NCBI GenBank assembly: GCA_020630875.1
Contig: JAHDIH010000001.1
Location: 789,093-853,092, forward strand
Length of the DNA: 64,000 bases
Direction: 5' to 3'
Source of the DNA: Deltaproteobacteria bacterium
GTDB taxonomy: Bacteria > Myxococcota_A > Polyangia > Haliangiales > Haliangiaceae
The translations under genes were made by a program, and so were the position numbers. The first letter of the stretch is position 1. Each line of letters starts with the position of its first letter. Positions 56,355 to 64,000 of the stretch are shown piece after piece. The notes below the pieces were generated by a model. It did not search any database. It saw only the letters and a program-made list of their open reading frames with translations, and was not told the DNA's origin.

Positions 56355-57179
56355 ATGACACAAAACTACACGCCACCACCTCCCGCTCCTGAGGGAGGAT
56401 TTAAAATGGGGAAACGAAGAATTTTTTGGGAGGTAGCGTTAGCCATCGCTTTGTTGATCGGCATCGTTTTTTTTGTTGTCGCATCTTCTTCGTGGATGGC
56501 CGGTTTGGCACTCAATGCGATTCCGACCTCCGTCGATAAGTCGATAGGCGAAGTCGCTTGGAAACAAGTGACCGTAAGTTCAAGTCGCTGCGACAATCCC
56601 GAGCTCAATGATTTTGTAGATGGTATTCTTAAAACGCTGTTAGCTCACGTAGATACGGATCACGACTTCGAATTTGTGATCTTAGACGATCCTTCTATTA
56701 ACGCGTTTGCTCTGCCAGGCGGTTTTGTCGCGGTAAATCGAGGACTCCTAGAGAAGGCAACCTCTACTGAAGAGGTTGCTGGTGTATTGGCCCATGAGAT
56801 TAGTCACGTAACCTTTCGCCATGGGGTCGAAGGACTCCTTCGCTCTAGCGGGCGCCGGGTAATCGTCGGGTTGGTGTTTGGATTTAGTGACGTCTCTGTC
56901 CTTCTGAGTCACGCCGCCTCGCTGCGAGAGTTGTCGTATCAGCGAGGACAGGAGTCGGAGGCCGACGAAGCTGCCCATCGCATTTTGAAGTCTGCGGGGC
57001 TTTCGCCGCTGGGGATGTCGAGGTTCTTTCTGCGTCTCCAGGAGGAAGGGGTGTCGATTCCTCTTTTACTGTCCACCCATCCGGATAGCGGTGAGCGTTC
57101 AGCTTCCGCGCTTAAAGCTGCAGAAGGGTTTACGCCTAGCGCCAACGTGCCGTATCCCGATACCATTTCTTGCAACTAA
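56355..57179 (+). CDS. M48-family zinc metallopeptidase with N-terminal TM anchor
   Basis: HEISHVTFRHG HExxH and a downstream E (M48 pattern). N-terminal TM ALAIALLIGIVFFVVA. Confidence 0.75.
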   Translation: MTQNYTPPPPAPEGGFKMGKRRIFWEVALAIALLIGIVFFVVASSSWMAGLALNAIPTSVDKSIGEVAWKQVTVSSSRCDNPELNDFVDGILKTLLAHVDTDHDFEFVILDDPSINAFALPGGFVAVNRGLLEKATSTEEVAGVLAHEISHVTFRHGVEGLLRSSGRRVIVGLVFGFSDVSVLLSHAASLRELSYQRGQESEADEAAHRILKSAGLSPLGMSRFFLRLQEEGVSIPLLLSTHPDSGERSASALKAAEGFTPSANVPYPDTISCN

Positions 57180-57233
57180 CACTAGCTTTCAATTCACCTG
57201 GAATTTTAAGTAGCCTTTTGTTACTACGAGCAG

Positions 57234-58199
57234 ATGGACCATCGTCAGACCATTACATTTGAGAACGAAGCCGCGCTTCGCTATTTGTGTGGGAACCATG
57301 GCAAACGTCTGAAACACTTTGAAAGACTTTGCGCTACTTCCGTCCATCAGAAAGGCAACGAGTTGACGGTGGTTGCGGACAGTAAGGAATCGCTCGGGTT
57401 TACAGTCTCGGCGCTTCACAAAATTTACGACCTGACGATCAAAAAGGGGGGGCTGGGGACTGATGATGTGGTTCGCGGTCTTAAAGTTTTGAAGAAAGAT
57501 CCGACCGCGAGTCTTCCTGACATTTTCATGGACGTGGTGTTTCAGCCCAAGGCCGGGCGAGCTATCGCCCCCAAGTCACTTGCTCAAAAAGAATACGTAG
57601 ATACCGTTCGAAAAAAGGATGTGGTTTTCGCCATTGGCCCCGCGGGAACCGGAAAAACCTACCTAGGGATGGCGCTTGCGGTTGATGCCTTAATTGATAA
57701 ACGAGTGAAACGCATCGTGCTCGCAAGACCTGCCGTTGAAGCCGGAGAGCGATTGGGATTTTTGCCTGGAGATTTGGTTGAAAAAGTGAATCCGTATTTA
57801 CGCCCCTTGTACGATGCCCTTCACGATATGCTCGACTACCAGCGGGTGAAGCGGTTGATGGAGCAAGATGTTATTGAAGTAGCGCCTCTGGCATTCATGA
57901 GGGGGCGCACCTTAAACGACAGCTTCGTCATTCTTGACGAGGCGCAAAATACGACTAGTGAACAAATGAAAATGCTGCTTACTCGTTTGGGGTTCGGTTC
58001 GAAGGCCGTGATCACCGGAGACGTAACGCAAAGCGATCTGCCGGGAAGGCAGACCTCTGGGCTTAGTGATGCTATGCGCATACTTCCAAAGGTGAAAGGA
58101 ATCGGGTTTTGTTACTTTGATCATCAAGACGTCGTTCGCCATCCGTTGGTTCAAGACATTGTTCGCGCTTACGAAGGAGCCGCCAAAGGTGCCGATTGA
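57234..58199 (+). CDS. phoH: PhoH-like ATPase
   Basis: Walker [17 protein letters not shown], Walker B ILDEAQN; 321 aa. Followed by ybeY as in many bacteria. Confidence 0.9.
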   Translation: MDHRQTITFENEAALRYLCGNHGKRLKHFERLCATSVHQKGNELTVVADSKESLGFTVSALHKIYDLTIKKGGLGTDDVVRGLKVLKKDPTASLPDIFMDVVFQPKAGRAIAPKSLAQKEYVDTVRKKDVVFAIGPAGTGKTYLGMALAVDALIDKRVKRIVLARPAVEAGERLGFLPGDLVEKVNPYLRPLYDALHDMLDYQRVKRLMEQDVIEVAPLAFMRGRTLNDSFVILDEAQNTTSEQMKMLLTRLGFGSKAVITGDVTQSDLPGRQTSGLSDAMRILPKVKGIGFCYFDHQDVVRHPLVQDIVRAYEGAAKGAD

Positions 58200-58659
58200 G
58201 TTTTCAGTCGAGGAGGCTGTTCGGTCTTTAGTAAAACCACGGCTTGAAGAGGGACTAACGCAGCATCTTGCACGCATGTGCGAGGCGATTGCCGTGGAGG
58301 AAGGGCGGGCGGAGGTACGAGCCGAATTTTCGTTGGTCAGCGATGCATCCATTGCTGAAATAAATGAGTCTTACCGGAAGATCGAAGGACCCACCGACGT
58401 GTTGGCATTTGCCACAAGGGAGACGCCAATGGCTGAAATTATGCCAGAGCAGCTGGGGGAAGTGATCATTAGTGTGGAGACGGCGGTACGGCAATGCAAT
58501 GGCGACCTAGACGCTGAGCTTCTGACTCTTGCCACCCATGGTCTTTGTCATCTATTGGGTTACGACCACGCTACAGCAGCAGAAAAAGAAGAAATGGACC
58601 AAAGAATGGCTTCTTTGGTCGCTGAGGCAATGCGGAATGGGCCTGTTTCTGCCGCATAA
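58188..58659 (+). CDS. ybeY: rRNA maturation endoribonuclease YbeY. Start placed at GTG 58188; ORF track gives 58117
   Basis: [11 protein letters not shown] zinc-binding motif; about 156 aa; 12-nt overlap with phoH. Confidence 0.8.
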
Positions 58660-58702
58660 CCTACTGGGAAAATGGCAGGACTTCGCGTAGCCTAAGCCAG
58701 CG

Positions 58703-59629
58703 ATGCCTTCGTATCCCAAATTTGTAACAGTCCATGAAGTGGGGCCCAGAGATGGTCTGCAAAATGAGGCTCGGGCAGTGCCGACAAGTGACAAGGTCCG
58801 ATTTATCGATGCGTTGTCAGCGACAGGGCTTTCGCGGGTTGAAATTACAAGCTTTGTAAGTCCCAAATGGATCCCACAACTTTCAGACAGTAGCGAAGTG
58901 TCTACTTCTATTTCTCGCGCCGCAGGCGTCCATTATTCTGCGCTGGTACCAAACATGCGGGGGCTGGACAACGCCATCAAGGCTGAACTCAAAGAAGTGG
59001 CTGTGTTTTTGTCGTCTTCTGAGACTCACAACAAGAAAAACACCAACAAGACAATCGATGAGTCGGTCGCCGCCTTCACCGAAGTAATTGCAAAAGCCTT
59101 GGGGGCGGGGATGCGCGTGCGTGGCTACATTTCGACAGTGTTCGGTTGTCCGTACGAAGGGGATGTGGATCCCGCAGTGGTGGTTCGGCTGTCAGAGACA
59201 CTGCTTTCCCTTGGCTGCTACGAAGTGGCTCTTGGAGATACCGTGGGGGTAGCAAATCCTAAACAAGTGGTTGACGTACTGGGCGAAGTCTTGGATACGG
59301 TCGCCATTGAAAAAGTGGCGGTTCACATGCACGATACCCAAGGAACTGCGCTTGCAAACGTTCTTGCGGCGATGAGCCTTGGCATTCACATCGTTGATGC
59401 CTCGGTTGGCGGACTTGGTGGATGCCCCTACGCACCAGGAGCATCGGGAAATCTTGCCACCGAAGACCTTGTGGCGATGCTTGCCGGTATGGGGATTGAA
59501 ACGGGAATCGACCTCGACAAACTGGTCGACTGTTCGGTGATGGCCTCGACGTTTATTGGCAGGGAGTTGCCCTCCAAATACATGAAGGCACACGTTGGGA
59601 AAAAGCAACGAGCGCACCGTATGTCGTGA
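58703..59629 (+). CDS. hydroxymethylglutaryl-CoA lyase
   Basis: VTVHEVGPRDGLQNE N-terminus and TIM-barrel DRE-TIM family. Active-site Cys in GGLGGCPYAPGASGN. Confidence 0.9.
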   Translation: MPSYPKFVTVHEVGPRDGLQNEARAVPTSDKVRFIDALSATGLSRVEITSFVSPKWIPQLSDSSEVSTSISRAAGVHYSALVPNMRGLDNAIKAELKEVAVFLSSSETHNKKNTNKTIDESVAAFTEVIAKALGAGMRVRGYISTVFGCPYEGDVDPAVVVRLSETLLSLGCYEVALGDTVGVANPKQVVDVLGEVLDTVAIEKVAVHMHDTQGTALANVLAAMSLGIHIVDASVGGLGGCPYAPGASGNLATEDLVAMLAGMGIETGIDLDKLVDCSVMASTFIGRELPSKYMKAHVGKKQRAHRMS

Positions 59630-59662
59630 CAAACAGCGAATCATTCGTTAGCTTTTGCTTCT

Positions 59663-60445
59663 ATGAAACTCGAATTCTTTACCCTTGAAATTTCTGGTGG
59701 TGTGGCGTCTGTCGTAATCAATCGACCTAAGTCGCGAAACGCGCTGTCCAAAGCGACCAACGAGGAGTTGATAAGGCTGGCAGAGCACCTTGCAAGTCAA
59801 AATGACGTTCGAGTATGTACGATTCGCGGTGCCGAAGATAAAGCATTTTGCACAGGTGCTGACTTGAAAGAGCGCAAAGGTGTCTCTGCTGAAGAAACGG
59901 GAGTGTACCTAGACGCTATTTCTGGTGCCGTAAATGCTTGGGGGGCAATCCCACAACCGACCATCGCCATTATGAACGGTCACGCTTTTGGTGGTGGCTT
60001 GGAACTGGCGCTGGCTTGCGATTTTCGTATTGCGGTTTTGGGCGCGCAGATGGGACTCACCGAAGTACGTTTGGGAATTATGCCAGGGGCGGGCGGCAGC
60101 CAAAGACTGCCGAGACTAATTGGACTTGCCAGAGCCAAGGAATTGATTCTTTGCGGCGCTCGTATCGACGCGAGTAGAGCAGAAGCCATCGGTCTTTTGA
60201 ATAAAGCGGTGCCGCGTGAGGATTTAATTGAAGAATCTCAGGCGTTGGTCGCCAAACTTTTAGCTGGCGCGCCACTTTCCTTGCGCCACTCCAAAAAAGC
60301 CATGGAAGACGGTTTTGGAATGCCACTTGCGGATGCTCTGAAGCTTGAAAGAAAGCATTATGACATTACGCTTTTTACGGAAGACAGAAACGAAGGGCTC
60401 TTGGCTTTCGCCGAAAAGCGGCCGCCGAACTTTAAGGGTCAGTAG
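59663..60445 (+). CDS. enoyl-CoA hydratase/isomerase family protein (possibly methylglutaconyl-CoA hydratase, given the HMG-CoA lyase neighbour)
   Basis: Crotonase fold, MNGHAFGGGLELALACD. Confidence 0.8.
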   Translation: MKLEFFTLEISGGVASVVINRPKSRNALSKATNEELIRLAEHLASQNDVRVCTIRGAEDKAFCTGADLKERKGVSAEETGVYLDAISGAVNAWGAIPQPTIAIMNGHAFGGGLELALACDFRIAVLGAQMGLTEVRLGIMPGAGGSQRLPRLIGLARAKELILCGARIDASRAEAIGLLNKAVPREDLIEESQALVAKLLAGAPLSLRHSKKAMEDGFGMPLADALKLERKHYDITLFTEDRNEGLLAFAEKRPPNFKGQ

Positions 60446-60777
60446 CACTCATCAGTGTCTTGCAACGACTCTTTGCCCATCAAACACTCGTACAACTCGA
60501 AAGTTACTTTACTTTCGCAATGCGGTAAGAATATCTCAGCGTGTTGCTTTCTTGAAATTTCCATGTCCTCTGTAGAAACGGCTTCCTTGACACTCTTGGT
60601 TTCTCGTTCCTTCCAGCCCAACTTGTGAAAGTGCTCGGCAAGCAAGTGGCAGTCTACTGGCTTTTGCTTTTCAGTGGGCGGCTTAGTCGCCGCGGGACGC
60701 TCTTCCACGGGAGTTGAAAGTTGTTTGGGCGATGTACTGCATGCAACAGAGAGCAGAAGAATTACGAAAGGACGCAC
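60439..60777 (-). CDS. hypothetical lipoprotein
   Basis: Lipobox LLSVACS; 112 aa. Confidence 0.4.
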   Translation of the reverse strand: MRPFVILLLSVACSTSPKQLSTPVEERPAATKPPTEKQKPVDCHLLAEHFHKLGWKERETKSVKEAVSTEDMEISRKQHAEIFLPHCESKVTFELYECLMGKESLQDTDECY

Positions 60778-60831
60778 ACTTAAAAGTTAGTACTTGCGAC
60801 TGGGGAGTGCAAGAAATACCTTAGCTCCCGT

Positions 60832-61671
60832 GTGCATACCGCGGCAATGTGGCATGCTGCGTCGGTGCAAGATTGGTTCGCGATAGGAATGGGGATCGTT
60901 CAAGGATTAACGGAGTTTATCCCGGTATCTTCCACCGCCCACTTGCGAGTCTTTCCAGAACTAGTAAACCAACCAGATCCTGGCGTTGCATTTAGTGCGG
61001 TCATTCAACTGGGAACCTTGGCGGCTGTCATCGCATTCTACAGGCGAGAGCTGTTTATCGAAATGCCTAAAGGATTACTTGGTAAAGGGAGCGCGACTGA
61101 CGCCAGACTGCCGTGGATGATAGCGGTGGCTACCTTGCCCATCGTCGTGTTGGGGCTGAGTCTCAAGGACTACATTTCAACTGATTTTCGTGCACTACAA
61201 GTGGTGGCTTCCACCTTAATTATTTTCGGAATCGTAATGTGGTGGGCGGACTGCAAAGCGGCAGCCACTCGGGTGTTTGAGGCCATCACATATCGTGATG
61301 CCATGCTCATTGGACTTGCTCAGTCTTTGGCGCTGGTACCTGGAGTTTCTCGGAGTGGCTCTACCATTGTCTGCGCACTACTTCTTGGGATCTCTCGGCC
61401 CGCGGCGGCAAAATTTTCTTTTCTTTTGAGCATCCCAGCGATCGGCGGTGCCGGGATCTTCGAACTTCTTGAGGTCTGGCCTGAGCTAGATTCTAGTCAA
61501 GTTCGAGGACTGGTGCTGGGAACTATTTCGGCCTTTATAAGCGGATATCTCGCAATCGGATGGCTAATTCGCTTCCTCAACAACAATCGCCTCGTACCAT
61601 TTGCGGGCTATAGGATTGTCTTGGGTGCTGCTTTATTCATTTTTATTGCGTTGGGATACGTTCAAGCGTGA
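60832..61671 (+). CDS. uppP: undecaprenyl-diphosphate phosphatase
   Basis: GLTEFIPVSSTAHL and PGVSRSGSTI BacA/UppP motifs. Confidence 0.9.
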   Translation: MHTAAMWHAASVQDWFAIGMGIVQGLTEFIPVSSTAHLRVFPELVNQPDPGVAFSAVIQLGTLAAVIAFYRRELFIEMPKGLLGKGSATDARLPWMIAVATLPIVVLGLSLKDYISTDFRALQVVASTLIIFGIVMWWADCKAAATRVFEAITYRDAMLIGLAQSLALVPGVSRSGSTIVCALLLGISRPAAAKFSFLLSIPAIGGAGIFELLEVWPELDSSQVRGLVLGTISAFISGYLAIGWLIRFLNNNRLVPFAGYRIVLGAALFIFIALGYVQA

Positions 61672-61768
61672 CCTGTTTATCTTTTACTGGCGCTAACGTA
61701 ACTTTTTCGCGTCGCAAATAGCCTAAAAGCTAGATTCTTGCGATAGTCGCCTCCAATAAGGAATTACA

Positions 61769-63904
61769 ATGATAAAGCTTACTATTCAATTTAGAAATGC
61801 GTTGCTTGCTCTCTCTCTATTAATGTTATGGGGAGACGTTGCAGTAGCAGAATCATGTGTCACAAAAAGAGGTCGCTACAAAGTCCGTATTGACTCGGTA
61901 CCTCAAGGCGCGAGAATTTACCTCAACGATGAAAAATGCGGAATCCTGGGCTACACACCTTGGGAGGGAAAGCTTCCAAGCGGAACCGTCTCGGTCATCG
62001 TTAAGTCCGACGGTTACAAACTTTCGACTACCCGGTTCGTTGTAAAGCGAACGCGAAGACTTCAAGAGACTTTCATCTCGATGGAAAAGAAGGATGAAGC
62101 CAAACTGGACATTCGTGGAGACGCGGATCCGAACTCTGTTGGCGCAGAAGTTTGGGTTGATGGTGCCAAGAAAGGGACCATTCCAATGATTATCACCATC
62201 CCAAGCGGACGCCATCTCCTCGAGCTGAAGAAGCCTGGTTTTGCCACCATATCTCAATGGGTTGAAGCTTCTGCAGGTGAGCGGCTTACGATGACTCCGA
62301 CACTGCGTCAGGATGCAAGAGGCTCGATTTTGGTTGATGCTGACGTCAGAGGTGCAGAAGTTTGGATTGACGGTAAAAAACACCCAGACCCAACGCCTAC
62401 ACTGGTTTCTGGGCTTGCCGCCGGAGCGCACGTGATTGAGGTCAAGTCCCCAGGGAAACCCGACTGGAAACAATCCGTCATCATCGCTGCCAATAAGACA
62501 GAAAAAATATCTGCAACGCTTAGCCCGGCAACTGGAGTCATCAAAATTCTCAGCAACGAGGAAGGCGCGACAGTTTACCTCGATGGAAAAGAGATGGGAC
62601 AGGCTCCTCTTCAGCTCACCGAAGTCGCATCTGGCGAACACATCATCGAAATAAAGAAAGATGGGTTCACTACCGCTGAGCAAAAAATTACTGTGGTTCC
62701 AACGACCAATGAAGTACTAAAACTAAACCTGGTATCGCAAGGAGCACCGACTAGTACCGTGTCGGTTTCTTCCAACGTCGTTGGCGCTCAAATTTTCGTA
62801 AACGGAGAAAATCGCGGACCAGTACCTCAGGAGCTCGCTCTCACCGCTGGTGACTACGTCGTCGAAGTCAAAAAGGCAGGACAGTCGACGTATCGAAAAC
62901 GAGTTACCCTCGCTGCTGGCGCTGAGCCAATGATGATTGTAGCAGAAATGGTTGCAGGCGGAGAGCTTCGAGTGTTGTCCACTCCTGTGGGAGCATCAGT
63001 CCTTATCAACGGTGAAGAAGTCGGCGTTACTCCGCTGGAGGGAGAAGTACTTGCAGCTGGTGACCATGTGGTGTCGGTACAGCTTCCGGGATATCAGTCT
63101 TACGAAGCTAACGTGGGAATCAAAGTCGGCCAACGTGCGACGGTAAGCGCAGAACTAGCAAAGATTGGGGCAAAGCCTCCAAGGCCTCCACAAATGCAGC
63201 GAGAGTTTACATCGCAAAGTGCACGCGCGATTCCTGTTGGGCGCGCAATCGTCGACCTGGGAAGCGGGTGGCCGTATTTTGGAACGGCAGCAATCACCGT
63301 TGGGGTAGGCAAGATTGGTGACCTCGACTTTGATGCAGGTGGCCTTATTCGTACCAACCTACTTAGAACCGAGCTTGGATTGACCGGACGTATGACATTC
63401 TTTAACCAAGATCCTTTCTACGCCGCGGCATTCGCTCGCATCGGTGGCGGTGGTTTCTTCTTCGATAACAGTGGAAGAAACTCGTTCTTCATGGATCTTG
63501 GTGGTCGCATCACCTTGATGGCCGCCGGAGCCATCAGCTTTAACATCGGTACCTACCTCCACATCTACTCTGACAGGCATTGTCCTACTTACAACGCAAG
63601 TACCAATAGCTTCGCTACAGGTGATGAGGTTGACAAGTGTCGAGAGTACGCCCTAGGGCAAACCGATACCACGACCGATCGCATTCTTGACGGCGACAAA
63701 CTTTGGGATCGCGACGGTGGCGTGCGGCTCATGTTCGAGTTTGGTTTTGAGTACGCACTGAGCGATTATGCAAACTTCTTCGCGCTAGTGGAAGGAGCAC
63801 CATTTCAAGAACAACGATTGGGACTTCGTAACGACTTCAACGGGCTGCTGTTCTCTCGAGACAGACTTATTTACCTTCGTGGTGGAATGTCGTTTAAGTT
63901 CTAA
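61769..63904 (+). CDS. PEGA-repeat protein with signal peptide and a C-terminal region ending in aromatic Phe (putative outer-membrane beta-barrel)
   Basis: At least six PEGA-like repeats (G..V.VDG...G.TP....L..G.H..E..K.G). Signal peptide ALLALSLLMLWGDVAVA. C-terminus ...RGGMSFKF. Confidence 0.7.
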   Translation: MIKLTIQFRNALLALSLLMLWGDVAVAESCVTKRGRYKVRIDSVPQGARIYLNDEKCGILGYTPWEGKLPSGTVSVIVKSDGYKLSTTRFVVKRTRRLQETFISMEKKDEAKLDIRGDADPNSVGAEVWVDGAKKGTIPMIITIPSGRHLLELKKPGFATISQWVEASAGERLTMTPTLRQDARGSILVDADVRGAEVWIDGKKHPDPTPTLVSGLAAGAHVIEVKSPGKPDWKQSVIIAANKTEKISATLSPATGVIKILSNEEGATVYLDGKEMGQAPLQLTEVASGEHIIEIKKDGFTTAEQKITVVPTTNEVLKLNLVSQGAPTSTVSVSSNVVGAQIFVNGENRGPVPQELALTAGDYVVEVKKAGQSTYRKRVTLAAGAEPMMIVAEMVAGGELRVLSTPVGASVLINGEEVGVTPLEGEVLAAGDHVVSVQLPGYQSYEANVGIKVGQRATVSAELAKIGAKPPRPPQMQREFTSQSARAIPVGRAIVDLGSGWPYFGTAAITVGVGKIGDLDFDAGGLIRTNLLRTELGLTGRMTFFNQDPFYAAAFARIGGGGFFFDNSGRNSFFMDLGGRITLMAAGAISFNIGTYLHIYSDRHCPTYNASTNSFATGDEVDKCREYALGQTDTTTDRILDGDKLWDRDGGVRLMFEFGFEYALSDYANFFALVEGAPFQEQRLGLRNDFNGLLFSRDRLIYLRGGMSFKF

Positions 63905-63923
63905 ACCAGTCTTGGGTCGAACG

Positions 63924-63958
63924 GGCGCTGCCTCGGGTAGCGCTTGTTTCGTTTCGGC
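63924..63958 (+). terminator. candidate rho-independent terminator after the PEGA protein gene
   Basis: GCGCTGCC-TCGG-GTAGCGC hairpin (one G-U pair) followed by TTGTTTCGTTTCGG. Confidence 0.4.
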
Positions 63959-64000
63959 ACTCGCGTAACCAATTGAAAATACGACCGCTGTAACTCCGAT

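Noticed and set aside
1-64000. CRISPR arrays, rRNA/tRNA genes and IS elements
   Set aside because: Scanning found no regularly spaced short repeats other than the pilA duplication, no tRNA-like T-arm/acceptor motifs, and no transposase-like ORFs.

Overview
This window is a gene-dense bacterial chromosomal segment of about 52% GC whose gene content looks Myxococcota/Bdellovibrionota-like. The call rests on a Myxococcus-type PilA, PEGA-domain proteins, a Hanks-type Ser/Thr kinase with PEGA ectodomains, AgmX/PglI-type TonB-C-like lipoproteins, and MJ0042-type zinc-ribbon proteins. It is mostly housekeeping: a hemW-hrcA-grpE-dnaK-J-protein chaperone locus, a thiolase/3-hydroxybutyryl-CoA dehydrogenase/crotonase/acyl-CoA dehydrogenase operon, scoAB CoA-transferase, an AtoE short-chain fatty acid transporter, HMG-CoA lyase, phoH-ybeY, holA/rpsT, mazG, uppP, rlmD, ttcA, a cysteine desulfurase and larB-larC. 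The standout locus is an orphan sigma-54 response regulator (NtrC/PilR-like) followed by a minor-pilin-like gene and a perfect tandem duplication of an 810-bp unit. Each unit carries a rho-independent terminator, a palindromic candidate enhancer site, a textbook sigma-54 -24/-12 promoter (TGGCAC-N5-TTGC) and a 100% identical major pilin gene (pilA). A second, low-GC, island-like segment (about 40.8-44.0 kb) carries a DUF4157/HExxH eCIS-core-like protein of 687 aa plus a polytopic membrane protein. It is preceded by another consensus sigma-54 promoter and by the same 12-nt upstream motif (GAGTAGAAGTAC) found upstream of the pilA promoters, which suggests co-regulation. Other notable items are three lipoprotein genes with TonB-C/AgmX-PglI-like domains translationally coupled inside the beta-oxidation operon, an AGCS transporter with a lipoprotein-like N-terminal extension of about 190 aa, three tandem AIM24/TIGR00266 paralogs, a standalone MshEN (T2SSE_N) domain protein, and larBC without larA/larE. 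No CRISPR array, rRNA or tRNA was seen, and no insertion sequence or transposase was recognised.
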